Of a stretch of 64,000 bases of DNA, positions 54,294 to 64,000 are shown piece by piece. The DNA comes from a phage: the sequence record PZ452581.1, one strand, 5' to 3'. The notes below the pieces were generated by a model. The model did not search any database. It saw only the letters and a program-made list of their open reading frames with translations, and was not told the origin of the DNA. The position numbers and the translations under genes were made by a program. How positions within the stretch are numbered: the stretch's first letter is position 1; each line of letters begins with the position of its first letter.

Positions 54294-57200
54294 ATGGCCG
54301 AGATTAAAAGAAAGTTCAGAGCAGAAGATGGTCTGGACGCAGGTGGTGATAAAATAATCAACGTAGCTTTAGCTGATCGTACCGTAGGAACTGACGGTGT
54401 TAACGTTGATTACCTAATTCAAGAAAACACAGTTCAACAATACGATCCAACTCGTGGATATTTAAAAGATTTTGTAATCATTTATGATAACCGCTTTTGG
54501 GCTGCTATAAATGATATTCCAAAACCGGCAGGAGCTTTTAATAGCGGGCGCTGGAGAGCATTACGTACTGATGCTAACTGGATTACAGTTTCATCTGGTT
54601 CATATCAATTAAAATCCGGTGAAGCTATTTCGGTTAACACTGCAGCTGGTAATGATATTACATTTACTTTACCATCTACTCCAATTGACGGTGATACTAT
54701 CGTTCTCCAAGACATTGGAGGAAAACCTGGAGTTAACCAAGTTTTAATTGTAGCTCCAGTACAAAGTATTGTAAACTTTAGAGGCGAACAAGTACGTTCA
54801 GTACTAATGACTCATCCAAAGTCACAGTTAGTTTTAATTTTTAGTAATCGTCTGTGGCAAATGTATGTAGCTGATTATAGTAGAGAAGCTGTAGTTGTAA
54901 CACCAGCGAATACTTATCAAGCGCAATCCAACGATTTTATCGTACGTAGATTTACTTCTGCTGCACCGATAAATATTAAACTTCCGAGATTTGCTAATCA
55001 TGGCGATATTATTAATTTCGTCGATTTGGATAAATTAAATCCGCTTTATCATACAATTGTTACAACATATGATGAAACCACTTCAGTACAAGAAGTTGGA
55101 ACTCATTCTATTGAAGGCCGTACATCTATTGACGGTTTCTTGATGTATGACGATAATGAGAAATTATGGAGATTATTTGACGGGGACAGTAAAGCACGTT
55201 TACGTATCATAACAACTAATTCAAACATTCGTCCAAATGAAGAAGTTATGGTATTTGGTGCGAATAATGGAACAACTCAAACAATTGAGCTTCAGCTTCC
55301 AACTAATATTTCTGTTGGTGATACTGTTAAAATTTCCATGAATTACATGAGAAAAGGACAAACAGTTAAAATCAAAGCTGCCGGTGAAGATAAAATTGCT
55401 TCTTCAGTTCAATTGCTGCAATTCCCAAAACGTTCAGAATATCCGCCTGAAACTAAATGGGTAACTGTTCAAGAATTAGTTTTTAACGGTGAAACTAATT
55501 ATGTTCCAGTTTTACAGCTTGCTTATATAGAAGATTCTGATGGAAAATACTGGGTTGTACAACAAAACGTTCCAACCGTAGAAAGAGTTGATTCTTTAAA
55601 TGATTCTACTAGAGCAAGATTAGGCGTAATTGCTTTAGCTACACAGGCTCAAGCTAACGTCGATTTAGAAAATTCTCCACAAAAAGAATTAGCAATTACT
55701 CCAGAAACATTAGCTAACCGTACTGCTACAGAAACTCGTAGAGGTATCGCAAGAATAGCAACTACTGCTCAAGTGAATCAGAACACCACATTCTCTTTTG
55801 CTGATGATATTATCATCACTCCTAAAAAGCTGAATGAAAGAACTGCTACAGAAACTCGCAGAGGTGTTGCAGAAATTGCTACTCAGCAAGAAACAAACGC
55901 AGGAACAGATGATACAACCATCATTACTCCTAAAAAGCTTCAAGCTCGTCAAGGTTCTGAATCATTATCTGGTATTGTAACTTTTGTATCTACTGCAGGT
56001 GCTACTCCAGCTTCTAGCCGTGAATTAAATGGTACGAATGTTTATAATAAAAACACTAATAATTTAGTTGTTTCGCCAAAAGCTTTGGATCAATATAAAG
56101 CTACTCCAACGCAACAAGGTGCAGTAATTTTAGCAGTTGAAAGTGAAGTAATTGCTGGACAAAGCCAAGAAGGATGGGCAAATGCGGTTGTAACGCCAGA
56201 AACGTTACATAAAAAGACATCAACTGATGCAAGAATTGGTTTAATTGAAATTGCTACGCAAAGTGAAGTTAATACAGGAACTGATTATACTCGTGCAGTC
56301 ACTCCTAAAACTTTAAATGACCGTAGAGCAACTGAAAGTTTAAGTGGTATAGCTGAAATTGCTACACAAGTTGAATTCGACGCAGGCGTCGACGATACTC
56401 GTATCTCTACACCATTAAAAATTAAAACCAGATTTAATAGTACTGATCGTACTTCTGTTGTTGCTCTATCTGGATTAGTTGAATCAGGAACTCTCTGGGA
56501 CCATTATACCCTTAATATTCTTGAAGCAAATGAGACGCAACGTGGTACACTTCGTGTAGCTACACAAGTTGAAGCTGCTGCAGGAACATTAGATAATGTT
56601 TTAATAACTCCTAAAAAGCTTTTAGGTACTAAATCTACCGAATCGCAAGAAGGTGTTATTAAAGTTGCAACTCAAGCTGAAACCGTAGCTGGAACATCAG
56701 CAAATACTGCTGTATCTCCAAAAAATTTAAAATGGATTGTGCAGAGTGAACCTACTTGGGCAGCTACTACTGCAATAAGAGGTTTTGTTAAAACTTCATC
56801 TGGTTCAATTACATTCGTTGGTAATGATACAGTCGGTTCTACCCAAGATTTAGAACTGTATGAGAAAAATAGCTATGCGGTATCACCATATGAATTAAAC
56901 CGTGTATTAGCAAATTATTTGCCATTAAAAGCAAAAGCTGCTGATACAAATTTATTGGATGGTCTAGATTCATCTCAGTTCATTCGTAGGGATATCGCAC
57001 AGACGGTTAATGGTTCACTAACCTTAACCCAACAAACGAATCTGAGTGCCCCTCTTGTATCATCTAGTACTGCTACGTTTGGTGGATCAGTTTCGGCAAA
57101 TAGTACATTAACTATTTCTAATACTGGAACGGCAACTCGTCTGATTTTTGAGAAAGGACCTCAAACTGGAACTAACCCAGCACAGACGATGACTATCAGA

Positions 57201-58163
57201 GTTTGGGGAAATCAGTTTGGTGGCGGATCAGATACAACGCGTTCTACTGTATTTGAAGTTGGTGATGAAACATCTAATCACTTTTATTCTCAACGTAATA
57301 AAGATGGGAATATAACGTTTAGCATTAATGGTACTGTGATGCCAATAAATGTTAACGCTTCAGGCACGTTAAATGCGAATGGCGTTGCAACATTCGGTCG
57401 TTCAGTTACAGCCAACGGTGAATTCATTAGCAAGTCTGCAAATGCTTTCAGAGCAATTAGTGGTGATTACGGATTCTTTATTCGCAATGATGCTGCTAAT
57501 ACCTATTTTATGCTCACTGCATCCGGTGATCAGACTGGCGGATTTAATGGATTACGTCCTTTGTCTATTAATAATGCATCTGGCCAAGTAACGATTGGTG
57601 AAAGCTTAATAATTGCCAAAGGTGCTACTATAAATTCAGGTGGTTTGACTGTTAACTCGAGAATTCGTTCTCAGGGTACTAAAACATCTGATTTATACAC
57701 CCGTGCACCAACATCTGATACTGTAGGATTCTGGTCAATTGATATTAACGATTCAGCCACTTATAACCAGTTCCCGGGTTATTTTAAAATGGTTGAAAAA
57801 ACTAATGAAGTGACTGGGCTTCCATACTTAGAACGTGGCGAAGAAGTTAAATCTCCTGGTACACTGACTCAGTTTGGTAACACACTTGATTCGCTTTACC
57901 AAGATTGGATTACTTATCCAACGACGCCGGAAGCGCGTACCACTCGCTGGACACGTACATGGCAGAAAACCAAAAACTCTTGGTCAAGTTTTGTTCAGGT
58001 ATTTGACGGAGGTAACCCTCCTCAGCCGTCTGATATCGGTGCTTTACCGTCTGATAATGCTACAATGGGAAATCTTACTATTCGTGATTTCTTACGAATT
58101 GGTAATGTTCGCATTATTCCTGACCCAGCGAATAAAACGGTTAAATTTGAATGGGTTGAATAA
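54294..58163 (+). CDS. 34: Long tail fibre proximal subunit (gp34)
   Basis: 1289-aa ORF with internal ~38-aa repeats (ATETRRG..IATQ...ITPKKL); length matches T4 gp34. Confidence 0.93.
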   Translation: MAEIKRKFRAEDGLDAGGDKIINVALADRTVGTDGVNVDYLIQENTVQQYDPTRGYLKDFVIIYDNRFWAAINDIPKPAGAFNSGRWRALRTDANWITVSSGSYQLKSGEAISVNTAAGNDITFTLPSTPIDGDTIVLQDIGGKPGVNQVLIVAPVQSIVNFRGEQVRSVLMTHPKSQLVLIFSNRLWQMYVADYSREAVVVTPANTYQAQSNDFIVRRFTSAAPINIKLPRFANHGDIINFVDLDKLNPLYHTIVTTYDETTSVQEVGTHSIEGRTSIDGFLMYDDNEKLWRLFDGDSKARLRIITTNSNIRPNEEVMVFGANNGTTQTIELQLPTNISVGDTVKISMNYMRKGQTVKIKAAGEDKIASSVQLLQFPKRSEYPPETKWVTVQELVFNGETNYVPVLQLAYIEDSDGKYWVVQQNVPTVERVDSLNDSTRARLGVIALATQAQANVDLENSPQKELAITPETLANRTATETRRGIARIATTAQVNQNTTFSFADDIIITPKKLNERTATETRRGVAEIATQQETNAGTDDTTIITPKKLQARQGSESLSGIVTFVSTAGATPASSRELNGTNVYNKNTNNLVVSPKALDQYKATPTQQGAVILAVESEVIAGQSQEGWANAVVTPETLHKKTSTDARIGLIEIATQSEVNTGTDYTRAVTPKTLNDRRATESLSGIAEIATQVEFDAGVDDTRISTPLKIKTRFNSTDRTSVVALSGLVESGTLWDHYTLNILEANETQRGTLRVATQVEAAAGTLDNVLITPKKLLGTKSTESQEGVIKVATQAETVAGTSANTAVSPKNLKWIVQSEPTWAATTAIRGFVKTSSGSITFVGNDTVGSTQDLELYEKNSYAVSPYELNRVLANYLPLKAKAADTNLLDGLDSSQFIRRDIAQTVNGSLTLTQQTNLSAPLVSSSTATFGGSVSANSTLTISNTGTATRLIFEKGPQTGTNPAQTMTIRVWGNQFGGGSDTTRSTVFEVGDETSNHFYSQRNKDGNITFSINGTVMPINVNASGTLNANGVATFGRSVTANGEFISKSANAFRAISGDYGFFIRNDAANTYFMLTASGDQTGGFNGLRPLSINNASGQVTIGESLIIAKGATINSGGLTVNSRIRSQGTKTSDLYTRAPTSDTVGFWSIDINDSATYNQFPGYFKMVEKTNEVTGLPYLERGEEVKSPGTLTQFGNTLDSLYQDWITYPTTPEARTTRWTRTWQKTKNSWSSFVQVFDGGNPPQPSDIGALPSDNATMGNLTIRDFLRIGNVRIIPDPANKTVKFEWVE

Positions 58164-58171
58164 GAGGTATT

Positions 58172-59287
58172 ATGGAAAAATTTATGGCAGAGTTTGGACA
58201 AGGATATGTCCAAACGCCATTTTTATCGGAAAGTAATTCAGTAAGATACAAAATAAGTATAGCGGGTTCTTGCCCGCTTTCTACTGCAGGACCATATGTT
58301 AAATTTCAAGATAATCCCGTAGGAAGTCAAACATTTAGCGCAGGCCTTCATTTAAGAGTTTTTGACCCTTCCACCGGAGCATTAGTTGATAGTAAGTCAT
58401 ATGCTTTTTCGACTTCAAATGATACTACATCAGCTGCTTTTGTTAGTTTCATGAATTCTTTGGCAAATAATAGAATTGTTGCTATATTAACTAGTGGAAA
58501 GGTTAATTTTCCTCCTGAAGTAGTATCTTGGTTAAGAACCGCAGGAACGTCTGCTTTTCCATCTGATTCTATATTGTCAAGATTCGACGTATCATATGCT
58601 GCTTTTTATACTTCTTCTAAAAGAGCTATCGCATTAGAGCATGTTAAACTGAGTAATAGAAAAAGCACAGATGATTATCAAACTATTTTAGATGTTGTAT
58701 TTGACAGTTTAGAAGATGTAGGAGCTACCGGGTTTCCAAGAAGAACGTATGAAAGCGTTGAGCAATTCATGTCAGCGGTTGGTGGAACTAATAACGAAAT
58801 TGCGCGTCTACCAACTTCAGCTGCTATAAGTAAATTATCTGATTATAATTTAATTCCCGGAGATGTTCTTTATCTTAAAGCTCAGTTATATGCTGATGCT
58901 GATTTACTTGCGCTTGGAACTACAAATATATCTATCCGTTTTTATAATGCATCTAATGGATATATTTCCTCGACACAAGCTGAGTTTACTGGACAGGCTG
59001 GGTCTTGGGAATTAAAGGAAGACTATGTAGTTGTTCCAGAAAATGCAGTTGGATTTACGATATATGCACAAAGAACTGCTCAAGCGGGACAAGGCGGTAT
59101 GCGAAATTTAAGCTTTTCTGAAGTATCAAGAAATGGCGGAATTTCAAAACCCGCTGAATTTGGCGTCAACGGCATTCGTGTTAATTATATCTGTGAATCT
59201 GCTTCACCTCCGGATATAATGGTACTTCCTACACAAGCATCGTCTAAAACTGGTAAAGTGTTTGGGCAAGAATTTAGAGAAGTATAA
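58172..59287 (+). CDS. 35: Long tail fibre hinge connector (gp35)
   Basis: 371-aa ORF; size and position as T4 gp35. Confidence 0.88.
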   Translation: MEKFMAEFGQGYVQTPFLSESNSVRYKISIAGSCPLSTAGPYVKFQDNPVGSQTFSAGLHLRVFDPSTGALVDSKSYAFSTSNDTTSAAFVSFMNSLANNRIVAILTSGKVNFPPEVVSWLRTAGTSAFPSDSILSRFDVSYAAFYTSSKRAIALEHVKLSNRKSTDDYQTILDVVFDSLEDVGATGFPRRTYESVEQFMSAVGGTNNEIARLPTSAAISKLSDYNLIPGDVLYLKAQLYADADLLALGTTNISIRFYNASNGYISSTQAEFTGQAGSWELKEDYVVVPENAVGFTIYAQRTAQAGQGGMRNLSFSEVSRNGGISKPAEFGVNGIRVNYICESASPPDIMVLPTQASSKTGKVFGQEFREV

Positions 59288-59292
59288 ATTGA

Positions 59293-59310
59293 GGGAGCCT
59301 TCGGGTTCCC
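59293..59310 (+). terminator. Stem-loop GGGAGCC-TTCG-GGTTCCC followed by a T-tract
   Basis: 7-bp stem (one G-U pair) with UUCG loop, then TTTTTCTTT. Confidence 0.6.
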
Positions 59311-59318
59311 TTTTTCTT

Positions 59319-59326
59319 TATAAATA
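59319..59326 (+). promoter_or_regulatory. Late promoter TATAAATA for gene 36
   Basis: Exact TATAAATA about 24 nt upstream of the gene 36 ATG. Confidence 0.6.
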
Positions 59327-59349
59327 CTATTAAAATAAAGGGGCATACA

Positions 59350-60015
59350 ATGGCTGATTTAAAAGTAGGTTCAACAACTGGAGGCTCTGTCATTTGGCAT
59401 CAAGGAAATTTTCCATTGAATCCGGCCGGTGACGATGTACTCTATAAATCATTTAAAATATATTCAGAATATAACAAACCACAAGCTGCAGATAACGATT
59501 TCGTTTCTAAAGCTAACGGTGGTACTTATGCATCAAAGGTAACATTTAATGCTGGTGTTCAAGTACCATATGCTATAAACAATACAAACCAAAGTGGTAT
59601 TTATCCTGGTAATGGAGATGCAGCTACTTTTGTTACAGCAAATATTGATATTGTTTCATGGTATGGCGTAGGATTTAAATCATCACAAGGATCTGCCGGT
59701 AGAACTGTAGTAATTAATACACGCAATGGTGATATTAGCACAAAAGGTGTTGTGTCGGCAGCTGGTCAAGTAAGAAGTGATGCGGCTGCTCCTATAGCAG
59801 CGAATGACCTTACTAGAAAGGACTATGTTGATGGAGCAATAAATACTGTTACAGCAAATGCAAACTCTAGAGTGTTACGATCTGGTGACACTATGACGGG
59901 AAACTTAACCGCACCAAACTTTTTCTCGCAGAATCCTGCATCTCAACCTTCACATGTTCCACGATTTGACCAAATCGTAATTAAGGATTCTGTTCAAGAT
60001 TTCGGCTATTATTAA
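59350..60015 (+). CDS. 36: Long tail fibre distal connector (gp36)
   Basis: 221-aa ORF; size and position as T4 gp36. Confidence 0.9.
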   Translation: MADLKVGSTTGGSVIWHQGNFPLNPAGDDVLYKSFKIYSEYNKPQAADNDFVSKANGGTYASKVTFNAGVQVPYAINNTNQSGIYPGNGDAATFVTANIDIVSWYGVGFKSSQGSAGRTVVINTRNGDISTKGVVSAAGQVRSDAAAPIAANDLTRKDYVDGAINTVTANANSRVLRSGDTMTGNLTAPNFFSQNPASQPSHVPRFDQIVIKDSVQDFGYY

Positions 60016-60023
60016 GAGGACTT

Positions 60024-63000
60024 ATGGCTACTTTAAAACAAATACAATTTAAAAGAAGCAAAACCGCAGGTGCACGTCCTGCTGCTTCAGTATTAGCCGA
60101 AGGTGAATTGGCTATAAATTTAAAAGATAGAACAATTTTTACTAAAGACGATTCAGGAAATATCATTGACTTAAGCATTTCCGCTGGCGGTAATATCAGT
60201 GGTAATATCACTCAAACTGGTGATTATACACAGACTGGAAAATTTAATTTAATTGGCCCGCAGATTATAGCAAGTGGTGGATATATTGAGTTTAATTATC
60301 GTACTACTGGAAGTGGGGCTTGGTCCGGTCAACACACTGCAAAGGCTCCAATTTTTGTAGATTTAAGCTCAGCTACTTCCACATCTGAATATAATCCTAT
60401 AATTAAACAGCGCTTTAAAGATGGAACTTTTTCATTAGGTACTTTAGTTTCTGAAGGTTCGTTGAAGATTCATTATATTGATGAAACTGGTCAATCTAAA
60501 TATTGGACATTTGCGCGCTCAGGTAATTTTCAAGTTGATTCTGGTAATTTATTAGTATCTGGTGGGTATTTAGTCGCTCAGAGTAATATTGAAACAAGAA
60601 CAGGTTCTTTGATTGGTCCATCTGTTGTAACTAAAAATATTTCATTTGATACGAAAGCGTTTGGACAATACGATTCGCAGTCATTAGTTCAATATGTTTA
60701 TCCTGGAACTGGTGAAACAAACGGAATTAATTACCTTCGTAAATTCCGTGCAAAATCTGGTGGTACGATTTATCATGAATTAGCTTCTGCACAAACCGGA
60801 AAAAGTGATGAACTGTCTTGGTGGACCGGTAATACAGCCGTTAATAAACAAATGGGCCTTCGCAATGATGGGTCTTTAGTGTTGCGACGCTCACTCGCAA
60901 TTGGTACAATTACAACAGATGAAAACATTAATAATTACGGCTCCACTGGAGCAATGGGTGAATGCTATATAGTCATTGGAGATGCCGCAACTGGTGTATC
61001 ATATAAAAGATCTGGTGTATATGATTTAGTTGCTAATGGTCTTTCTATCGCGTCTATTACTCCTGACAGTTTCCGTAGTACTCGTAAAGCATTATTTGGA
61101 CGTTCAGAAGACCAAGGCGGAACATGGAATATGCCTGGAACGAACGCCGCGTTTTTATCGGTTCAAACACAGGCTGATGAAAACACTGCTGGAGACGGTC
61201 AAACCCATATTGGATATAATTCTGGCGGAAAAATGAACCACTATTTCCGTGGTAAAGGAAAAACTAATATTAATACTCAAGAAGGCATGGAAGTTAACCC
61301 GGGTATTTTGAAATTGGTAACTGGCTCTAATAATGTAATGTTTTATGCTGATGGCGGTATTACATCTGTTAAGCAGCTTTCAATATATAACGGCATATAT
61401 TTAGCAGCTAATAATTCTACTGCTGGGCTAACATTCGCTCCAACTACTACAATTGATGGCACTAAGCAAATTTTGTGGGAAGGCGGTACTCGTGCTGGTC
61501 AGAATAAAAGCTATGTAACTGTTAAAGCATGGGGTAATTCATTTAACGCATCTGGCGATCGTAATCGTGAAACGGTTTTTGAAGTAGCTGATGGACAAGG
61601 ATATTATTTTTATTCACAGCGTGTGGCTCCAAGTGGCTCTGAAACTACTGGGCCTGTTGTAACCCAGTTCAATGGACAAGTTAATGCTAGAGGAAGTATT
61701 ATTACTGACGGAAGTTTTAAAGTTAATGGATTAAGCACTTTAGTCGGTAATGTTACCATGTCTAATGGTTTGTTTGTCCAAGGTGGTTCTTCTATTACTG
61801 GACAGGTAAAAATTGGTGGAACGGCTGATGCATTAAGAATTTGGAATGCTGAATACGGTGCTATTTTCCGTCGCTCAGAAAGTAATCTTTATATTATACC
61901 GACTCCTAAAGATGCTGGAGAATCGGGCGGTATAAGTAATCTTAGACCATTGATAATAGAACTGAACACTGGCACAGTTAAAATGTCGCATGATGTTCAT
62001 TTAGGAGATTCTGGATCTGGTACAGGACTTTTACAAGTAAGTAATAGTCTTAAAACTATTAAAATGATATGTCCAGTAACTATTAATGAACGCAATGCAG
62101 CGCTTACCCTGGATTCTCCTTCATCTTCTTCTGCTAATTATTTACAGGGTTCTAAAGCTGGAACTAGATCATGGTACGTTGGTCTTGGCGGCGCTGGAAA
62201 TGATTTATCTCTTTATAGCCAATCTTATGGACATGGTCTTGTTATAAGCGATAATTTCGTGTCAATCAGTAAACCTCTTAAAGTTGGAAATGCCCAACTA
62301 GGAACTGATGGTAATATTACTAGCGGTTCAGGAAACTTTGCCAACTTGAACACCACACTAAACCGTAAAGTTAATTCTGGATTTATTACTTATGGAGCAA
62401 CCGCTGGATGGTATAAGTTTGCAACAGTAACAATGCCACAATCCACTTCGACGGTCTTCTTTAAAATAGTTGGAGGTTCTGGATTTAATAGCGGATTATT
62501 CACACAATGTAATATTGCTGAAATTGTTTTACGTACTAGTAATGAAAGACCTGCTGACTTAAATGCTGCATTATACACAAGAACAATTGGAGCTGCATTT
62601 AAAGATATTGCAGTTAATAACGTCTCTGGAGATACATATGACATTTATGTTTCTGCTGGAACATATTGTAATCAATTAGCTTGTGAGTGGTCATGTACCG
62701 AAAATGCTACTGTTAGTGTTATTGGTATTAACTCATCTACACAATCACCTGTAGATGCTCTTCCAGATACAGCAGTTAATGGTCAAGTTGCTAATGTTCT
62801 TAATAACTTGGTTGATCGCGGTAAAGTTAAGCGTTATGAAGCCGATTCTGAACTAGCTATTAATAGCCCAACCGGTATTCGTATCAGAAGCAATGCCGAT
62901 AAAACTGGTTCTGTGGCTACAATGTTACGAAATGATGGCGGTAGTTTTTATATTCTGTTTACAGATAAAAATGCCACCGATGGCGCAGCAACTGTTAATG

Positions 63001-63806
63001 GTGATTGGAATAGTAAACGTCCTTTCGCAATTAACTTAACAACCGGCGAAGTGATGATGAATAACGGCATAGCTGTTCGCAGCGCTGCTTTATTCTATAA
63101 TAGCATAAACGTCAAAGATAATGGTTCTATTAACTTTGATAAATCAGGCGCTAACCCGAGAAATATGAGAATATTTCATGCTGGCGATGCTTCTCGCGGT
63201 AACCGTATTGAAATTGCCGATGAAACTAACTATATTGCTTACTTTGAAAAAACACCAGGTGGAGCTAATCGCTTTGTAGTAAATAATGCTACTGTAGCTG
63301 GTGTTAATCAAATGAATTCATTTGGTATTAACATCAATAACGCACTTGGTGGAAATAGTATAGCGTTTGGCGATAATGACACTGGTATTAAGCAAAATGG
63401 CGATGGATTATTAGACATATATGCGAATGGTGTACAGACTTTCCGTTTCCAAAACGGTGATTTGTACTCATACAAAAATATAAATGCTCCAAACGTTTAT
63501 ATTCGTTCTGATATTCGTTTAAAATCTAACTTCAAACCTATCGAAAATGCACTTGATAAAGTTGAAAAACTTAACGGTGTCATTTACGATAAAGCTGAAT
63601 ATATCGGTGGAGAGGCAATTGAAACTGAAGCGGGTATTGTGGCTCAAACGTTACAAGACGTTTTACCAGAAGCTGTCCGTGAAACAGAAGACAGTAAGGG
63701 TAATAAAATACTCACTGTTTCTTCTCAAGCCCAGATTGCTCTTCTGGTTGAAGCTGTGAAAACACTTTCTGCTCGTGTAAAAGAACTTGAATCTAAACTT
63801 ATGTAA
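60024..63806 (+). CDS. 37: Long tail fibre distal subunit (gp37), T2-type with C-terminal intramolecular-chaperone-like domain
   Basis: 1260-aa ORF; N-terminus MATLKQIQFKRSK as in T-even gp37; C-terminal ~110 aa (IRSDIRLKSNFKPIENALDKVEKLNGVIYD...KELESKL) resemble autocleaving chaperone domains of phage fibres. Confidence 0.9.
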   Translation: MATLKQIQFKRSKTAGARPAASVLAEGELAINLKDRTIFTKDDSGNIIDLSISAGGNISGNITQTGDYTQTGKFNLIGPQIIASGGYIEFNYRTTGSGAWSGQHTAKAPIFVDLSSATSTSEYNPIIKQRFKDGTFSLGTLVSEGSLKIHYIDETGQSKYWTFARSGNFQVDSGNLLVSGGYLVAQSNIETRTGSLIGPSVVTKNISFDTKAFGQYDSQSLVQYVYPGTGETNGINYLRKFRAKSGGTIYHELASAQTGKSDELSWWTGNTAVNKQMGLRNDGSLVLRRSLAIGTITTDENINNYGSTGAMGECYIVIGDAATGVSYKRSGVYDLVANGLSIASITPDSFRSTRKALFGRSEDQGGTWNMPGTNAAFLSVQTQADENTAGDGQTHIGYNSGGKMNHYFRGKGKTNINTQEGMEVNPGILKLVTGSNNVMFYADGGITSVKQLSIYNGIYLAANNSTAGLTFAPTTTIDGTKQILWEGGTRAGQNKSYVTVKAWGNSFNASGDRNRETVFEVADGQGYYFYSQRVAPSGSETTGPVVTQFNGQVNARGSIITDGSFKVNGLSTLVGNVTMSNGLFVQGGSSITGQVKIGGTADALRIWNAEYGAIFRRSESNLYIIPTPKDAGESGGISNLRPLIIELNTGTVKMSHDVHLGDSGSGTGLLQVSNSLKTIKMICPVTINERNAALTLDSPSSSSANYLQGSKAGTRSWYVGLGGAGNDLSLYSQSYGHGLVISDNFVSISKPLKVGNAQLGTDGNITSGSGNFANLNTTLNRKVNSGFITYGATAGWYKFATVTMPQSTSTVFFKIVGGSGFNSGLFTQCNIAEIVLRTSNERPADLNAALYTRTIGAAFKDIAVNNVSGDTYDIYVSAGTYCNQLACEWSCTENATVSVIGINSSTQSPVDALPDTAVNGQVANVLNNLVDRGKVKRYEADSELAINSPTGIRIRSNADKTGSVATMLRNDGGSFYILFTDKNATDGAATVNGDWNSKRPFAINLTTGEVMMNNGIAVRSAALFYNSINVKDNGSINFDKSGANPRNMRIFHAGDASRGNRIEIADETNYIAYFEKTPGGANRFVVNNATVAGVNQMNSFGININNALGGNSIAFGDNDTGIKQNGDGLLDIYANGVQTFRFQNGDLYSYKNINAPNVYIRSDIRLKSNFKPIENALDKVEKLNGVIYDKAEYIGGEAIETEAGIVAQTLQDVLPEAVRETEDSKGNKILTVSSQAQIALLVEAVKTLSARVKELESKLM

Positions 63807-63807
63807 A

Positions 63808-63825
63808 AGAGGGCTTCGGCCCTCT
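63808..63825 (+). terminator. Stem-loop AGAGGGC-TTCG-GCCCTCT after gene 37
   Basis: 7-bp stem with UUCG loop immediately after the gene 37 stop. Confidence 0.5.
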
Positions 63826-63836
63826 AAGGATTTTTA

Positions 63837-64000
63837 ATGGCAATTGTAGGTGTTCCTGGCTGGATTGGTGAATCTGCCGTGAATGAAACTGGACAACGCT
63901 GGATGGATGCTGCAATGAAAGCAGTTCGTGTTTCAGTTCCCGGTTGGATGAGCTCAATGGCCGGACAATCTAAAGAAGTATATTATAGCATTGGTGCTAG
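63837..64000 (+). CDS. 38: Receptor-recognising adhesin gp38 (T2-type), 5-prime partial
   Basis: ATG at 63837; translation MAIVGVPGWIGESAVNETGQRWM... resembles the T2-family gp38 N-terminus; truncated by the window end. Confidence 0.75.
   Translation, partial: MAIVGVPGWIGESAVNETGQRWMDAAMKAVRVSVPGWMSSMAGQSKEVYYSIGA

Noticed and set aside
54294-58163. Search for the replication origin inside gene 34 (MotA-box middle promoter)
   Set aside because: Several TGCTT-containing sites were inspected (for example near 57440 and 57500) but none had a correctly spaced TAnnnT -10, so no origin is called; this needs a proper motif scan.
59282-59289. TATAAATT resembling a late promoter
   Set aside because: One mismatch at the last position and it encodes the gp35 C-terminus; the exact TATAAATA at 59319-59326 is the better promoter for gene 36.

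Overview
This window reads as a contiguous ~64 kb segment of a T-even (T4-like, Tequatrovirus-type) myovirus genome, running from the start of gene 17 (terminase large subunit) to the first 54 codons of gene 38. Gene identities rest on my recollection of T4 protein sequences, lengths and gene order plus motifs visible in the translations; no database search was run. The plus strand carries late structural genes: 17, 18, 19, 20, 67, 68, 21, 22, 23, 24, then uvsW, then 51, 27, 28, 29, 48, 54, then the long-tail-fibre genes 34, 35, 36, 37 and the start of 38. The minus strand carries early and middle genes: rnlB, hoc, inh, uvsY, 25, 26, two tandem Alt-like ADP-ribosyltransferases, DNA ligase, a run of small 30.x genes, rIII, 31, cd, pseT, a spanin pair, alc, rnlA, denA, nrdB, nrdA, td, frd, 32, 59, 33, dsbA and rnh. 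Regulatory grammar is T4-like throughout: TATAAATA late promoters, GTTTAC-type early promoters, one MotA-box middle promoter, and GC-rich tetraloop hairpins at gene ends. I did not find a clearly novel system. The most unusual points, relative to the T4 arrangement as I remember it, are: an HNH endonuclease gene between 18 and 19; tandem Alt paralogs; a NADAR-like gene; a ~410 bp insertion with a 115-aa ORF between frd and td; an almost identical 53-bp early promoter/leader cassette at two loci; intron-less td and nrdB; and a T2-type gene 37/38 adhesin arrangement. The ORF track uses TTG/GTG starts translated as M, so several track ORFs carry N-terminal extensions that I trimmed. One track ORF (34839..35057) is labelled + but is encoded on the minus strand. 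Coordinates of promoters and hairpins were counted by eye and may be off by 1-2 nt.
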